Source: Synechococcus sp. A15-24 (GTDB lineage Bacteria > Cyanobacteriota > Cyanobacteriia > PCC-6307 > Cyanobiaceae). Taken from it: a DNA stretch of 32,000 bases. Shown here piece by piece: positions 10,146 through 20,138 of this stretch. The position numbers and the translations under genes were made by a program. Positions within the stretch are counted from its first letter, which is position 1, and each line of letters starts with the position of its first letter. The notes under the pieces were generated by a model that was given only the letters and a program-made list of their open reading frames with translations, did not search any database and was not told the origin of the DNA. The DNA lies in the NCBI RefSeq assembly GCF_014280195.1, contig NZ_CP047960.1:1410001-1442000 (forward strand), in the 5' to 3' direction.

Positions 10146-10158
10146 TCCAGAGGCGGTG

Positions 10159-11340
10159 ATGAACACCTACAACCGCTTTCCCCTCACCTTGGTGCGGGGA
10201 AGTGGTTGCTGGGTCTGGGATGACCAGGGCCGACGTCATCTTGATGCCGTTGCCGGCATCGCCACGGACACCCTTGGCCACAGCGACCGTGCCCTGCGCC
10301 GCAGCCTCGGTCGTCAACTCCGCCGTCTCCAGCACGTTTCCAATCTCTACCGGATTCCCGAGCAGGACGCCCTGGCCACCTGGTTGGTGCAGCACAGCTG
10401 TGCTGCAAGCGTTTTTTTCTGCAACTCCGGCGCTGAAGCCAATGAAGCAGCCATCAAGCTCGCTCGAAAGCACGGTCATCTGAAGCGCGGCATCGACCGG
10501 CCGCGGATCCTCACCGCTTCAGCCAGCTTCCATGGCCGCACCCTGGCAGCTGTGAGCGCCACAGGCCAGCCGCGCTACCACCAGGGCTTCGAACCGATGG
10601 TTGAGGGCTTCGATTACTTCCCATACAACGACATCCATGCCTTCGAGTCGTTGCTCGAACGCCATGAAGCCAACGGACCGGCGGTGGCAGCCGTGCTGCT
10701 TGAACCTCTGCAGGGTGAAGGGGGGGTTCACCCCGGCGATGCGGGCTTCTTCAAGCGCCTGCGCCACCTCTGCAGCGAGCGCAACATCCTGCTAATCCTT
10801 GATGAGGTGCAGGTGGGCATGGGCCGCAGCGGTCGGCTCTGGGGCTACGAACAGCTCGGCATCGAACCGGACGCCTTCACCCTGGCCAAGGGACTGGGGG
10901 GCGGCCATGCAATCGGCGCCCTGCTGGTGAACGCCAAAGCGGATGTGTTCGAGCCCGGTGATCACGCCAGCACCTTTGGTGGCAACCCCTTTGCCTGCAC
11001 CGCTGGACTGACCGTGGCGCAGGAAATTCAGCGCAGGGGATTGCTGCGCAATGTGGAGGAACGAGGGCAGCAGCTGCAGCAGGGACTCCAGGATCTCGTC
11101 GCGCGTTACCCCCAGCTGTTGCAAGGAGTGCGCGGCTGGGGCCTGCTTCAGGGCCTGGTGGTGCATCAGGACTGTGGTGTCACAGCTCCACAGCTGGCGA
11201 AGGCCGCAATTGAGCAGCGGCTTCTGCTGGTGGCAGCTGGAGCGACTGTGCTGCGGATGGTGCCTCCTCTGGTGATCTCCGCAAAAGAGGTGCGCCAATT
11301 GCTCAGGCGACTGGACGCGACCCTCGCTGAGCTGGTCTGA
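10159..11340 (+). CDS. argD: acetylornithine aminotransferase (class III PLP aminotransferase)
   Basis: Contains FFCNSGAEANEAAIKLARK, LILDEVQVGMGRSGRLW and TLAKGLGGG (PLP lysine). ATG 10159 was chosen because the longer ORF from 10078 runs through the tRNA-Leu gene. Confidence 0.9.
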   Translation: MNTYNRFPLTLVRGSGCWVWDDQGRRHLDAVAGIATDTLGHSDRALRRSLGRQLRRLQHVSNLYRIPEQDALATWLVQHSCAASVFFCNSGAEANEAAIKLARKHGHLKRGIDRPRILTASASFHGRTLAAVSATGQPRYHQGFEPMVEGFDYFPYNDIHAFESLLERHEANGPAVAAVLLEPLQGEGGVHPGDAGFFKRLRHLCSERNILLILDEVQVGMGRSGRLWGYEQLGIEPDAFTLAKGLGGGHAIGALLVNAKADVFEPGDHASTFGGNPFACTAGLTVAQEIQRRGLLRNVEERGQQLQQGLQDLVARYPQLLQGVRGWGLLQGLVVHQDCGVTAPQLAKAAIEQRLLLVAAGATVLRMVPPLVISAKEVRQLLRRLDATLAELV

Positions 11341-11348
11341 TCGCCTCG

Positions 11349-12572
11349 ATGGCGGAACAGCAGCTGTCGGATCTGATCCCGCGCTTTGATCTGCGGGGCA
11401 TGGACCTGCAGCTCGGGCGGATGCGCCATGCCCTTCAGGCCCTGGGGTCTCCCTGTGGAGACATTCCCGCGATTCAGGTGGCCGGAACCAACGGCAAGGG
11501 CTCGATTGCCAGCTTTCTCAGCGCAGCGCTGCAGCAGGCAGGCCTCCGCAGCGGCATCACCACCTCCCCTCACCTGGTGAGCTGGTGTGAGCGGATCGCG
11601 ATTGATGGCATCCCCATCAGCGAAGGCCATCTCCGCCAGCTCTTGCTGGCCCAGCAAGAGCTCTGCGCGGAGCATCAGCTCACCCCCTTCGAGCAACTGC
11701 TCTCCGCAGCCCTGACGCACTTTCACACCGAGGCTGTGGAGCTGTTGGTGCTGGAGGTGGGATTGGGGGGTCGGCTGGATGCCACCACCGCCCATCCCAA
11801 GCGACCGGTGATCGCCATGGCCAGCATCGGCCTTGACCACTGTGAACACCTGGGATCCACCCTGATGGCCATCGCCGAGGAGAAGGCCGCTGTGATCACA
11901 CCAGGAGCACGGGTGATCAGCTCAGACCAACTGGCGCCGGTACGGGCGGTGCTGGAACAGACCTGCAAGGCCAACAACGCCGGTCTGCAGTGGGTTGATC
12001 CTCTGCCCAGCGACTGGACTCTGGGGCTGGCGGGAAGCTGGCAGCGCCGCAACGCGGCCGTGGCCCGTGGAGCGCTGCAGGCTCTGCGGCCTCTGGGATG
12101 GAACCTGGATGAGACCACGATCCGGGCTGGATTTACCAAGGCCCGTTGGAGCGGCCGCCTGCAGACCGTGACCTGGCAGGGCCATCCGCTTCTTCTCGAT
12201 GGCGCCCACAACCCACCCGCCGCTCAGCAACTGGCCCTGGAGCGGCAGCGCTGGCAGGGCCATGGGCGGGGTGTGGTGTGGATCCTCGGCATCCAAGCCC
12301 ACAAGCAGGCGCTGGAGATGCTGCAGCTGCTGCTGCTGCCTCAGGATCAGGCCTGGATCGTGCCGGTCTCCAACCACCGCAGCTGGACGCGTGATGCACT
12401 CCTGAAAGCCATGCCGCACTGGAAGGATCAGCTCATTGATGCCGCCAGTCCTGAGGATGCGCTGAAGCGAATCGAAACAACAAGAGGCTGGCCTCAACCG
12501 ATGCCTGTGCTCGCCGGTTCCCTTTATCTGATCGGGGATCTGCTCGAGCAGGGGTTGGTGCAGGCAGAGTGA
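11349..12572 (+). CDS. folC: bifunctional folylpolyglutamate synthase / dihydrofolate synthase
   Basis: Mur-ligase P-loop VAGTNGKGS, with FEQLLSAALTHF and DGAHNP motifs. Confidence 0.9.
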   Translation: MAEQQLSDLIPRFDLRGMDLQLGRMRHALQALGSPCGDIPAIQVAGTNGKGSIASFLSAALQQAGLRSGITTSPHLVSWCERIAIDGIPISEGHLRQLLLAQQELCAEHQLTPFEQLLSAALTHFHTEAVELLVLEVGLGGRLDATTAHPKRPVIAMASIGLDHCEHLGSTLMAIAEEKAAVITPGARVISSDQLAPVRAVLEQTCKANNAGLQWVDPLPSDWTLGLAGSWQRRNAAVARGALQALRPLGWNLDETTIRAGFTKARWSGRLQTVTWQGHPLLLDGAHNPPAAQQLALERQRWQGHGRGVVWILGIQAHKQALEMLQLLLLPQDQAWIVPVSNHRSWTRDALLKAMPHWKDQLIDAASPEDALKRIETTRGWPQPMPVLAGSLYLIGDLLEQGLVQAE

Positions 12573-13108
12573 AGCCCCTCCGTGCCGTATCGATGCCAAC
12601 CTTGCTGCTGTCGCTGCTGTTGCCTCTGCTGGTCCTGGTGCTCCCGGCAACGGCCCTCGACACCTCAGCTGGCGTTGGTCTGCAGGACCGGGCGTTGTTT
12701 CAGGAGACCGTGGACTACACCCTGACCAACCAGAGCGGTGGCGACTTTCATGATCAGCATCTGGCCAACACCTCCTTTGCCGGTGCCGTCGGCCGTGGAG
12801 CGAACTTCAGCGGTGCAGATCTGCAAGGCGCGATCTTCACGCAGGGTGCTTTTGCCGAAGCCAATTTCAGCGGCGCAGATCTCTCCAATGCGCTGATGGA
12901 TCGAGCTGACTTCGCCGGCACGGATCTGCGCGACGCCGTTCTGACCGGAATCATCGCGTCGGGCAGCAGCTTCAGCGATGCTCAGATCGCGGGAGCTGAC
13001 TTCAGTGATGCCCTGCTGGACCTTGATGACCAGCGGCGCCTCTGCCGCGACGCCGACGGAGTCAACCCCGTGACGGGTGTAGCGACCCTGGACAGCCTGG
13101 GCTGCTGA
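12569..13108 (+). CDS. pentapeptide-repeat protein with N-terminal signal peptide (probably lumenal/periplasmic)
   Basis: Has a hydrophobic leader (LLLSLLLPLLVLVLPATA) and A(D/N)(L/F)xx repeats (ANFSGADLQGAIFTQGAFAEANFSGADLSNA..). GTG start overlaps the folC stop (GTGA). Confidence 0.85.
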   Translation: MKPLRAVSMPTLLLSLLLPLLVLVLPATALDTSAGVGLQDRALFQETVDYTLTNQSGGDFHDQHLANTSFAGAVGRGANFSGADLQGAIFTQGAFAEANFSGADLSNALMDRADFAGTDLRDAVLTGIIASGSSFSDAQIAGADFSDALLDLDDQRRLCRDADGVNPVTGVATLDSLGC

Positions 13109-14453
13109 TCGATTCCAGCCAACCCCGCAACTTGCCAATATTCAACAGGCCATCGGGGTCATAGCGATGCTTGGCGGCCACCTGATCACCATCCACCACC
13201 CCAAGGCCCCCATCCTCAACGGTGATCACATGGGGGTTGAACAGAACGGCTCCCAGCTCACTGCAATCCCTCATCAATGCGTCCAGTTGCTCAGCGCTGC
13301 TCCAGCGGACCAGGGGAAGTGCCGCCAAACGCGCTGCCCCCTGCTGGCGGACCCCTTCCAGGTGCCACAGCAACGCATCGCCCCATCGCTGCTTCAGCTG
13401 CTCCATCGCAGGCAGCTCAGGCTCCGGTAGCAACATCTGCAGATAGGTCCAGCCGGCATCCGCGGAGCGCATGTGCAGGGTGGTGTGGTTCCAACTCAAC
13501 TCGCGCAGGCCTTGCCCCCCCGCCAGATCCTCAGGGCCAAGGTCATGCAGCACGGCACCGGATGCGGCCGCCAGTCGAGCCAGGGTGCTCAGGCCATCCG
13601 GAGCAACCAACAACAGCAGCCGGTGGCGGTCCGATTCAGGGCCACTCCAAGCTGGCAGACATTGCAGAACAGATCGCTCCAACAGGGTGGCAAGGAGCAA
13701 CTCCACCGCAGAACGAGTGCAGCGCTGCAGCAGTGCCACAGCAGCGCCCCAGGTCTCCACGTCGATACTGATCTGGTGCCAGTTGATCGCAGGTGCCGTG
13801 GCCAAGTGCAAGCGGGTCAGGATGCCGTTGGTGCCATAGGCGTGGTTCAACGCCTCCGCCTCGGTGGCATCCAGCTGCAGACGTCGTGGTTCCCGTTCCA
13901 CGGTGATGACCTCGGCACCCAGGAGATGGCCTGGGTCGCGCAGAAAGCCCCAGCGGATTGACCCGATGCCGCCGGAGCCACCAGCCAGAAACCCACCGAT
14001 GGATGCACTACGCCAGGTGCTGGGCAGCAATCGCAACTGGCGGCCATGGGCCCGCAGATGCTGGTCGAGATCCCGCATCAGGCAACCGGGCTGAACCGTC
14101 ACCACACCAGTGGATGGGTCCAGGTGCTCCACCTCCCGCAGTGCCCCGCTGAGCATGACGACTCCCCCCTCCAGCGGCACGGATTGGCCGTAGTTGCCGG
14201 TGCCTGAGCCCCGCAGGGTCAGGGGGACGCCATGGCGTCCACAGGCCGCTGCCAACCGCTCTACCCCGGCGACGGTCAAGGGCCGGACCACCAGATCCGC
14301 CCTGCAGGATTCGAGCTGCGGTTGCAGGATCGGCGAATAGTCGTACGCGTCTTTGGAATAGCGCTGCAGGTCTGCAGCTCCCTGGAGCAACTCCAGGTCG
14401 TCCGCAGTTGCGAGCTCCGCTGCCAGGGCTGCCAGGGATTCCGTAGACGCCAT
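13062..14453 (-). CDS. FAD-linked oxidase / FAD-binding PCMH-type dehydrogenase (GlcD-like), substrate unknown
   Basis: Contains LRGSGTGNYGQSVP and the typical C-terminal K.RYDPDGLLN.GK. Start is ATG 14453 (MASTES..) or an upstream start at 14513 that would overlap the preceding gene. The 3' tail overlaps the pentapeptide gene convergently by 47 nt. Confidence 0.8.
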   Translation of the reverse strand: MASTESLAALAAELATADDLELLQGAADLQRYSKDAYDYSPILQPQLESCRADLVVRPLTVAGVERLAAACGRHGVPLTLRGSGTGNYGQSVPLEGGVVMLSGALREVEHLDPSTGVVTVQPGCLMRDLDQHLRAHGRQLRLLPSTWRSASIGGFLAGGSGGIGSIRWGFLRDPGHLLGAEVITVEREPRRLQLDATEAEALNHAYGTNGILTRLHLATAPAINWHQISIDVETWGAAVALLQRCTRSAVELLLATLLERSVLQCLPAWSGPESDRHRLLLLVAPDGLSTLARLAAASGAVLHDLGPEDLAGGQGLRELSWNHTTLHMRSADAGWTYLQMLLPEPELPAMEQLKQRWGDALLWHLEGVRQQGAARLAALPLVRWSSAEQLDALMRDCSELGAVLFNPHVITVEDGGLGVVDGDQVAAKHRYDPDGLLNIGKLRGWLESISSPGCPGSLHPSRG

Positions 14454-14481
14454 CAATCGCGGTGGAACATCAAGGTGCGGT

Positions 14482-15732
14482 CTAGCGCCTTCCGGGCTTC
14501 CACCAACGACCACCGATCAACACCCGCCGCTCCGGTGGGCGGCGCAGCGCCTCCGACCAGCTGTCCGCCTCCAGCACGATCAGATCGGCTGGTGCATCGC
14601 AGCCGATCCGTCCATCCCAACCCAGACCCATCACAGCAGAGGCGGCCGTGGTGAAGGGCGAGAGGCCCAGACGTTGCCAGGGGGCCAGCTGGGCCAGGGG
14701 GATGCAACTGGCCATCAGGGCCAACGGGTCAAAGTCTCCTGCTGGAAACCAAGGGTCAGCGACGTTGTCGCCACCCAACGCCACCCGAACACCCGCCCGC
14801 TGCAGTTGCCGAATCGGGGCAAGCGGCCTGCGCAATGGAGTGGCCTCCGGTGACTGGCCCAGCAACCATCCATTGGTCAACGGCAGCGCCACCACCTGCA
14901 GCCGATGCTCCGCCATCCGCTCAGCCAGGCGTCGCAAGCGCTGCGGCGATAACAAAGCAAGACTGCTGGCATGGCTGCAGGTGATCGGCTGACTGCAGGG
15001 AACCTGCTCGAGCGCCCTGAGCAGCTGCTGCAGTCCTTGAGCTGGACCATGGTTCGCCTCATCGATGTGAAGGTCGACACCACAGCCGAGCTCCTCCGCC
15101 AACGTCAGCAGGGCCTGCAGATCCCGCCGAACGGATGTGCCGCGGCAGGGGGGCACCAAAACACCCCCGAGCAACCCACCACTGGCAGCGACCCGATTGG
15201 CCAGTTGTTTCCCCTCCTTGGTGGCCCAGTGACCGATGGGCACCAAGGCCACCAGTTGCAGCTCCATTTGGCCATGCCATTGCGTCTTCAACGCCTGCAG
15301 CGCCTCCCAGCTGGCATCTGCGCCGGGCCCCAGGCTGTCGATGTGGCTGCGCATGGCCCGCAGACCGTGGTCACAGGCCCTGGAGATGGCCTGGTCACCC
15401 CGGGCTAGCACCGCCTGCAGATCACGGATCCCATGCTCCTTCATGTTGGCCTCAAGGGCACCGTCGTAAGTGCCGCCGAGGTTGGGGTGGGTCGACCAGG
15501 TGAAAGCCTTATCGAGGTGAACATGGGGATCCACCAATCGCGGCAACACCAGTGCGTTTAAGCGATCAGCTGGTGTGCTGAGCAGCTCGGGTTCCTGCAG
15601 ACGCCCATCTACCCAGGACAACCTCACGGGGGTCAGCCCCTCGGCTGTGGCGGCGGGGATGGTCGATCCACGTCGTAGACGCAGCAGGCTTCGCGGCAGC
15701 CATGCCTCCAGCTGAGAGGACGCTCCGCTCAT
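14482..15732 (-). CDS. metal-dependent amidohydrolase, cytosine-deaminase-like
   Basis: N-terminal LVDPHVHLDKAF (HxH metal ligands), later HIDE and a C-terminal GGDNVADPW motif. ATGA overlap with the upstream gene. Confidence 0.8.
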   Translation of the reverse strand: MSGASSQLEAWLPRSLLRLRRGSTIPAATAEGLTPVRLSWVDGRLQEPELLSTPADRLNALVLPRLVDPHVHLDKAFTWSTHPNLGGTYDGALEANMKEHGIRDLQAVLARGDQAISRACDHGLRAMRSHIDSLGPGADASWEALQALKTQWHGQMELQLVALVPIGHWATKEGKQLANRVAASGGLLGGVLVPPCRGTSVRRDLQALLTLAEELGCGVDLHIDEANHGPAQGLQQLLRALEQVPCSQPITCSHASSLALLSPQRLRRLAERMAEHRLQVVALPLTNGWLLGQSPEATPLRRPLAPIRQLQRAGVRVALGGDNVADPWFPAGDFDPLALMASCIPLAQLAPWQRLGLSPFTTAASAVMGLGWDGRIGCDAPADLIVLEADSWSEALRRPPERRVLIGGRWWKPGRR

Positions 15733-16160
15733 TCGAGGCTGCCCGGGTCGCTCACGGTTCGCAGCAGAACAAACTGCCCAGCGACGCCGAGGGTCAGCAC
15801 TTCAACCTCCGGCAAGGTCAGCCCGGGAAGCAATCGCTGCCCACCGATTTTGTTGGTGAACAGGCTGACGACGCCCAGGTTGAGACGGGATGTGAAGTTG
15901 ACCGCTAAATCCGCAAGTGCGGCCTGCTGTGATGCCACCAATCCAGGACAGTCGCGGATCCATAGCTGCAGCACCATCGGCAGCCCTTCGCCTTGACACA
16001 ACTCACTGGAGAGAAAGGCGACCAACTGCTCGCCGGCATGCTCCTCGTAATCCTCCATGGAAGGGTTGGTCAGCACGAGACCCAAACCAACCCCAACCGT
16101 GACGAGTGCGGCCATTGCGACCGCGATGGGGCCTTGTCGTTGAAGGACGGAGCGCGGCAC
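15729..16160 (-). CDS. membrane-anchored hypothetical protein (DUF4359-like, from memory)
   Basis: 143 aa with an N-terminal TM segment (IAVAMAALVTVGVGLGLVL). Coding-like codon pattern. The stop overlaps the amidohydrolase start. Confidence 0.6.
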   Translation of the reverse strand: MPRSVLQRQGPIAVAMAALVTVGVGLGLVLTNPSMEDYEEHAGEQLVAFLSSELCQGEGLPMVLQLWIRDCPGLVASQQAALADLAVNFTSRLNLGVVSLFTNKIGGQRLLPGLTLPEVEVLTLGVAGQFVLLRTVSDPGSLE

Positions 16161-16201
16161 CCGGTCAGCTGGAACATGAATTGGTAGATTCTCACTGACG
16201 C

Positions 16202-16275
16202 GGCGGGCGTCGCCAAGTGGTTAAGGCAGCGGCTTGTGGCGCCGCTATTCGGGGGTTCGAATCCCCTCGCTCGCC
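16202..16275 (+). tRNA. tRNA-His (anticodon GTG) with encoded G-1
   Basis: Acceptor GCGGGCG/CGCTCGC, an extra 5' G opposite discriminator C, anticodon stem GCGGC/GCCGC with loop TTGTGGC, T-arm GGGGG-TTCGAAT-CCCCT. Confidence 0.9.
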
Positions 16276-16333
16276 CTCACCAACATGATTCCAGTGTCTG
16301 TGGTAACACACTGGAAACGGCTCTGATCCGAAC

Positions 16334-17740
16334 TTGACCGCATCCGCTTCAACCCTTGTGCCAGCTGCAAACGCGCAGAGCCGCGGCAGCTACTGGATCA
16401 CCACCTTCGGCTGCCAGATGAACAAGGCGGATTCCGAGCGGATGGCCGGGATCCTCGAGTCGATGGGGTATCGAGCAGCCGACGCCGAACTGGAGGCGGA
16501 TCTGGTTCTTTACAACACCTGCACGATCCGCGACAACGCCGAGCAGAAGGTTTACAGCTACCTCGGTCGACAGGCCCAGCGCAAACGGCTGGATCCGAAT
16601 CTCACCCTCATCGTGGCCGGATGTGTGGCCCAGCAGGAAGGCGAATCCCTGCTGCGGCGGGTGCCCGAACTCGACCTGGTGATGGGTCCCCAGCATGCGA
16701 ATCGGTTGGAAGTGCTGCTCAACCGGGTAGACAGCGGTCAACAGGTGGTTGCAACTGAAGACCACAACATCCTGGAAGACATCACGACTGCACGACGGGA
16801 CAGCAGCATCTGCGGTTGGGTCAATGTGATTTACGGCTGCAACGAGCGATGCACCTATTGCGTGGTGCCCTCAGTGCGTGGCAAGGAGCAATCACGGCTT
16901 CCCGAGGCCATCCGCTTGGAAATGGAAGGCCTTGCCGCTCAGGGTTACAGGGAGATCACCCTGTTGGGACAAAACATCGATGCCTACGGGCGAGATCTCC
17001 CGGGGATCACACCGGAGGGGCGCCGGCAACACACGCTGACGGACCTCCTGCATCAGGTCCATGACGTGAGCGGTATCGAGCGCATCCGCTTCGCCACCAG
17101 TCATCCGCGCTATTTCACAGAGCGGCTGATCGATGCCTGCGCCGACCTTCCCAAACTCTGCGAGCACTTCCATATCCCCTTCCAAAGCGGCGACAACGAC
17201 GTCCTGAGGGCCATGGCCCGTGGCTACACCGTTGAGAGCTACCGACGGATCATTGACCGCATCCGTGAGCGCATGCCCGATGCCTCGTTGAGTGCGGACG
17301 TGATCGTGGCCTTCCCAGGTGAAACAGACCTCCAGTACCAGCGCACCCTGGATCTGATCGAGGAGATCGGCTTCGACCAGGTGAACACCGCGGCCTACTC
17401 GCCGCGGCCCAATACACCCGCTGCAACCTGGGACAACCAATTGCCGGAGGAGGTGAAGGTGATGCGACTCCAGACGATCAATGCCCTGGTGGAACGCTGC
17501 GCCCGTGAGCGCAACGCGCGGTATGCGGGCCGCACCGAGGAAGTGCTGGCGGAGGGCATCAATCCCAAGGATCCCAGCCAGCTGATGGGGCGAACACGCA
17601 CCAACCGACTGACCTTTTTCCAGGCAGCAGGCCCCGATGGTCATCAACACAAGACAGGTGATCTGGTGAACGTCCGCATCGACGAAGTCCGATCGTTCTC
17701 GTTAAGCGGAACCCCCCTGCCCTGCGTCGAACAACGCTGA
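16334..17740 (+). CDS. miaB: tRNA-i6A37 methylthiotransferase
   Basis: Contains the UPF0004 domain ([11 protein letters not shown]), the radical-SAM cluster motif [11 protein letters not shown] and a C-terminal TRAM domain. TTG start at 16334 (a nearby GTG is possible). Confidence 0.95.
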   Translation: MTASASTLVPAANAQSRGSYWITTFGCQMNKADSERMAGILESMGYRAADAELEADLVLYNTCTIRDNAEQKVYSYLGRQAQRKRLDPNLTLIVAGCVAQQEGESLLRRVPELDLVMGPQHANRLEVLLNRVDSGQQVVATEDHNILEDITTARRDSSICGWVNVIYGCNERCTYCVVPSVRGKEQSRLPEAIRLEMEGLAAQGYREITLLGQNIDAYGRDLPGITPEGRRQHTLTDLLHQVHDVSGIERIRFATSHPRYFTERLIDACADLPKLCEHFHIPFQSGDNDVLRAMARGYTVESYRRIIDRIRERMPDASLSADVIVAFPGETDLQYQRTLDLIEEIGFDQVNTAAYSPRPNTPAATWDNQLPEEVKVMRLQTINALVERCARERNARYAGRTEEVLAEGINPKDPSQLMGRTRTNRLTFFQAAGPDGHQHKTGDLVNVRIDEVRSFSLSGTPLPCVEQR

Positions 17741-17776
17741 TACCTTTGGCGCCTCAGTGCGGGGTTGTTCCAGGCG

Positions 17777-18838
17777 ATGTCATCCAGCCCCACCACGGTC
17801 GGTGTTGTCTTCGGCGGCTGCTCCGGTGAGCACGATGTGTCGATCCGCTCCGCACAAACGGTTGCCAAAGGCTTGACCCTTGGCGCCAACCGTGAACGTT
17901 ATCGGGTGGTCCTCATTTACATCGATCGCGACGGACGTTGGTGGGGCCCAGATCTCGCCGGGAAGGTTCTCAGCAGCGGCTGTCCTCCAGCCGACTCGGA
18001 TCTCCCCCAACCGCTACCTGCCCCCGGGTTCCGCGGCCTGCCAGCAGGCACCGATGCCGTTGCGGTCTGGTACCCGGTTCTGCATGGACCGAACGGGGAA
18101 GACGGCACGGTTCAGGGGCTGTTCGAACTGATGCAGCAGCCCTACGTCGGTGCCGGGGTTCTTGGTTCAGCGGTGAGCATGGACAAACAGGCCATGAAAG
18201 CTGCCCTGGCAGGTGCGGGTCTCGCTCAGGTGCCCTACGTCTGCGCACAGGCAGACGAGCTCAGCGATGCGGCCCGCCTGGAAGCACTTCTGAAAAGAAT
18301 CGAGTCCGGCCTGGGCTATCCCTGCTTCATCAAGCCAGCCAATCTGGGCTCGTCGGTGGGCATCAGCAAAGCCTGGAACCGTGAGGAGCTCATCCAGGGG
18401 TTGAGATTGGCCGCAGCTCTTGATCCACGCCTCGTGGTGGAACAGGGGGTGCAAGCCCGAGAACTGGAATGCGCTGTCCTGGGCGGGACAACCCTGCGAG
18501 CCTCCGTCGTCGGGGAAGTTCGTTTCGATGCGGATTGGTACGACTACGAGAGCAAATACACCGCTGGCCGCAGCACCACGCTGATTCCAGCTCCTTTGCC
18601 CAACGACATCATCGACACGATCCAGAGCCAGTCCATCCAGGCCTGCGCTGCCGTGGGCGTCACCCGAATGGCCAGGGTGGATTTCTTCTACGACGACAGC
18701 AGCGGCAGGGTTTGGCTGAATGAGATCAACTCCCTGCCCGGTTTCACCTCCCAGAGCATGTACCCCATGCTTTGGGAGGCCTCTGGCGTAACACTCGAAC
18801 AGCTCGTGCACGAACTGCTCGAAAGCGCAGGACAATGA
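17777..18838 (+). CDS. ddl: D-alanine--D-alanine ligase
   Basis: Contains [27 protein letters not shown], an ATP-grasp core and [13 protein letters not shown] 17777 preferred. Confidence 0.95.
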   Translation: MSSSPTTVGVVFGGCSGEHDVSIRSAQTVAKGLTLGANRERYRVVLIYIDRDGRWWGPDLAGKVLSSGCPPADSDLPQPLPAPGFRGLPAGTDAVAVWYPVLHGPNGEDGTVQGLFELMQQPYVGAGVLGSAVSMDKQAMKAALAGAGLAQVPYVCAQADELSDAARLEALLKRIESGLGYPCFIKPANLGSSVGISKAWNREELIQGLRLAAALDPRLVVEQGVQARELECAVLGGTTLRASVVGEVRFDADWYDYESKYTAGRSTTLIPAPLPNDIIDTIQSQSIQACAAVGVTRMARVDFFYDDSSGRVWLNEINSLPGFTSQSMYPMLWEASGVTLEQLVHELLESAGQ

Positions 18839-18869
18839 ATCAACAAATCCTGCTGATCAGGAGTGAGCG

Positions 18870-19280
18870 ATGAGCCAGGGTCTGCTCTGGTTTCCGTTGT
18901 TGCTGGCCTTTGTGCTCTTGGCCGCACTGGGCTGGCTTGAACGCCGCCGCCAGTCCCTTTTCCGCACCTGGGCCGAAGGGGCTGAATTGGTCAAACTCGA
19001 TGGATGCGGTGGCGCCCAGCTCAAGGACGGAATCCTGGTCTGGTGTCGCTTCGAAGCCGGCACGTTCCAGGATCAGGGCGACTTTGACGTTTGCCGACTG
19101 GAACTGGTGGAACTGATGGCACTGGCGTCGGGCGATGCTCCACTAACGGTGGAGTCGCAAGGTCCCTGCCGACTGCGGCTGGTGGGAACGGATCTGCAAA
19201 TGGATGTTCCCTTCTCCGATGCAGATCAGGCCCGTCGCTGGGGTGAGCAACTGATGGCGCGTGCCCGCTGCGATCTTTGA
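18870..19280 (+). CDS. membrane-anchored hypothetical protein between ddl and ftsQ
   Basis: 136 aa with an N-terminal TM helix (LLWFPLLLAFVLLAALGWL). The stop overlaps the ftsQ TTG start (TTGA). I recognise no family. Confidence 0.6.
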   Translation: MSQGLLWFPLLLAFVLLAALGWLERRRQSLFRTWAEGAELVKLDGCGGAQLKDGILVWCRFEAGTFQDQGDFDVCRLELVELMALASGDAPLTVESQGPCRLRLVGTDLQMDVPFSDADQARRWGEQLMARARCDL

Positions 19281-20080
19281 AGTCTGTCTCCCCTCAGCTG
19301 GAGCGCCGGCGGGCTCTGCGCCGTCAGAAACGCCAGCAACTTTTGATCAACATCTGGCGCACTTTGGCTCTGCTGAGTCTGAGTACCGTCCTTGGCTGGT
19401 CACTGCTGCGCTTCGGCTGGACATTGACGGGATCCGATCAGGTGGTGGTCCGGGGTTCAACCAGCACAAGCCCAGCACTGGTGGCCGAGGTCAGCCAGCT
19501 TCGCTTTCCGCAACCACTGCTGGAGATCAACCCCTCGAATCTGGAACGGTCATTGCGTGACAACCTGCCTGTGCAATCTGTCCAGGTGAGTCGACATCTG
19601 CTTCCAACTCGCTTGGAGGTCGCCCTGGTGGATCAGACGCCGGTCGCACGAGCGGTTCGCCAGCAACCCAGCGGTCTTGAAGCAGGCTACGTCGATGCCG
19701 AAGGTCAGTGGATTCGGATCAATGCGGCAGCACCAGTAGCAGCACCCAGCACAGCCATCACGGTCAAAGGTTGGACATCGGAGCGCCGATCGCTGATTGC
19801 GACTGTGCTTCAGCAGCACATCCGCCTCAACGACAAGCTCCAGACCATCACGCTTCATCCGGATGGCGCCGTCAGTCTTCGCCATCAAACCCTTGGACGC
19901 ATTGATCTTGGAGATGACAACCAGCTGTTGATGCAGCAGGTGGACGCAATCGTTGAGCTGGATCAATCCATGCCACCGCATCTGCTGGCAGGGAATAGAG
20001 CGGTGATCGACCTGAGCAATCCGAATCGCCCGGAAATTCAGTTGCCGGTCAAGCCCGCAACCAAGAAAAAGGATGAGTAA
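19277..20080 (+). CDS. ftsQ: cell division protein FtsQ/DivIB
   Basis: Has a basic N-terminus, a single TM segment (LALLSLSTVLGWSLL) and a POTRA-like region. It sits directly upstream of ftsZ. Confidence 0.8.
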   Translation: MKSVSPQLERRRALRRQKRQQLLINIWRTLALLSLSTVLGWSLLRFGWTLTGSDQVVVRGSTSTSPALVAEVSQLRFPQPLLEINPSNLERSLRDNLPVQSVQVSRHLLPTRLEVALVDQTPVARAVRQQPSGLEAGYVDAEGQWIRINAAAPVAAPSTAITVKGWTSERRSLIATVLQQHIRLNDKLQTITLHPDGAVSLRHQTLGRIDLGDDNQLLMQQVDAIVELDQSMPPHLLAGNRAVIDLSNPNRPEIQLPVKPATKKKDE

Positions 20081-20138
20081 TGGACGGGAGACAGCGTTTG
20101 CTCCCGATCTGCAGACGGTTTAAGCCTTCAGGGACATA

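Noticed and set aside
10078-10158. The longer argD ORF starting at 10078.
   Set aside because: The extension is the tRNA-Leu(CAA) gene read as protein. Conserved ArgD sequence begins at the ATG at 10159.
12760-12990. A 15-nt periodicity suggestive of a repeat array.
   Set aside because: It reflects the pentapeptide repeats of the encoded protein. The units are degenerate at the DNA level and have no spacers, so this is not a CRISPR or satellite.
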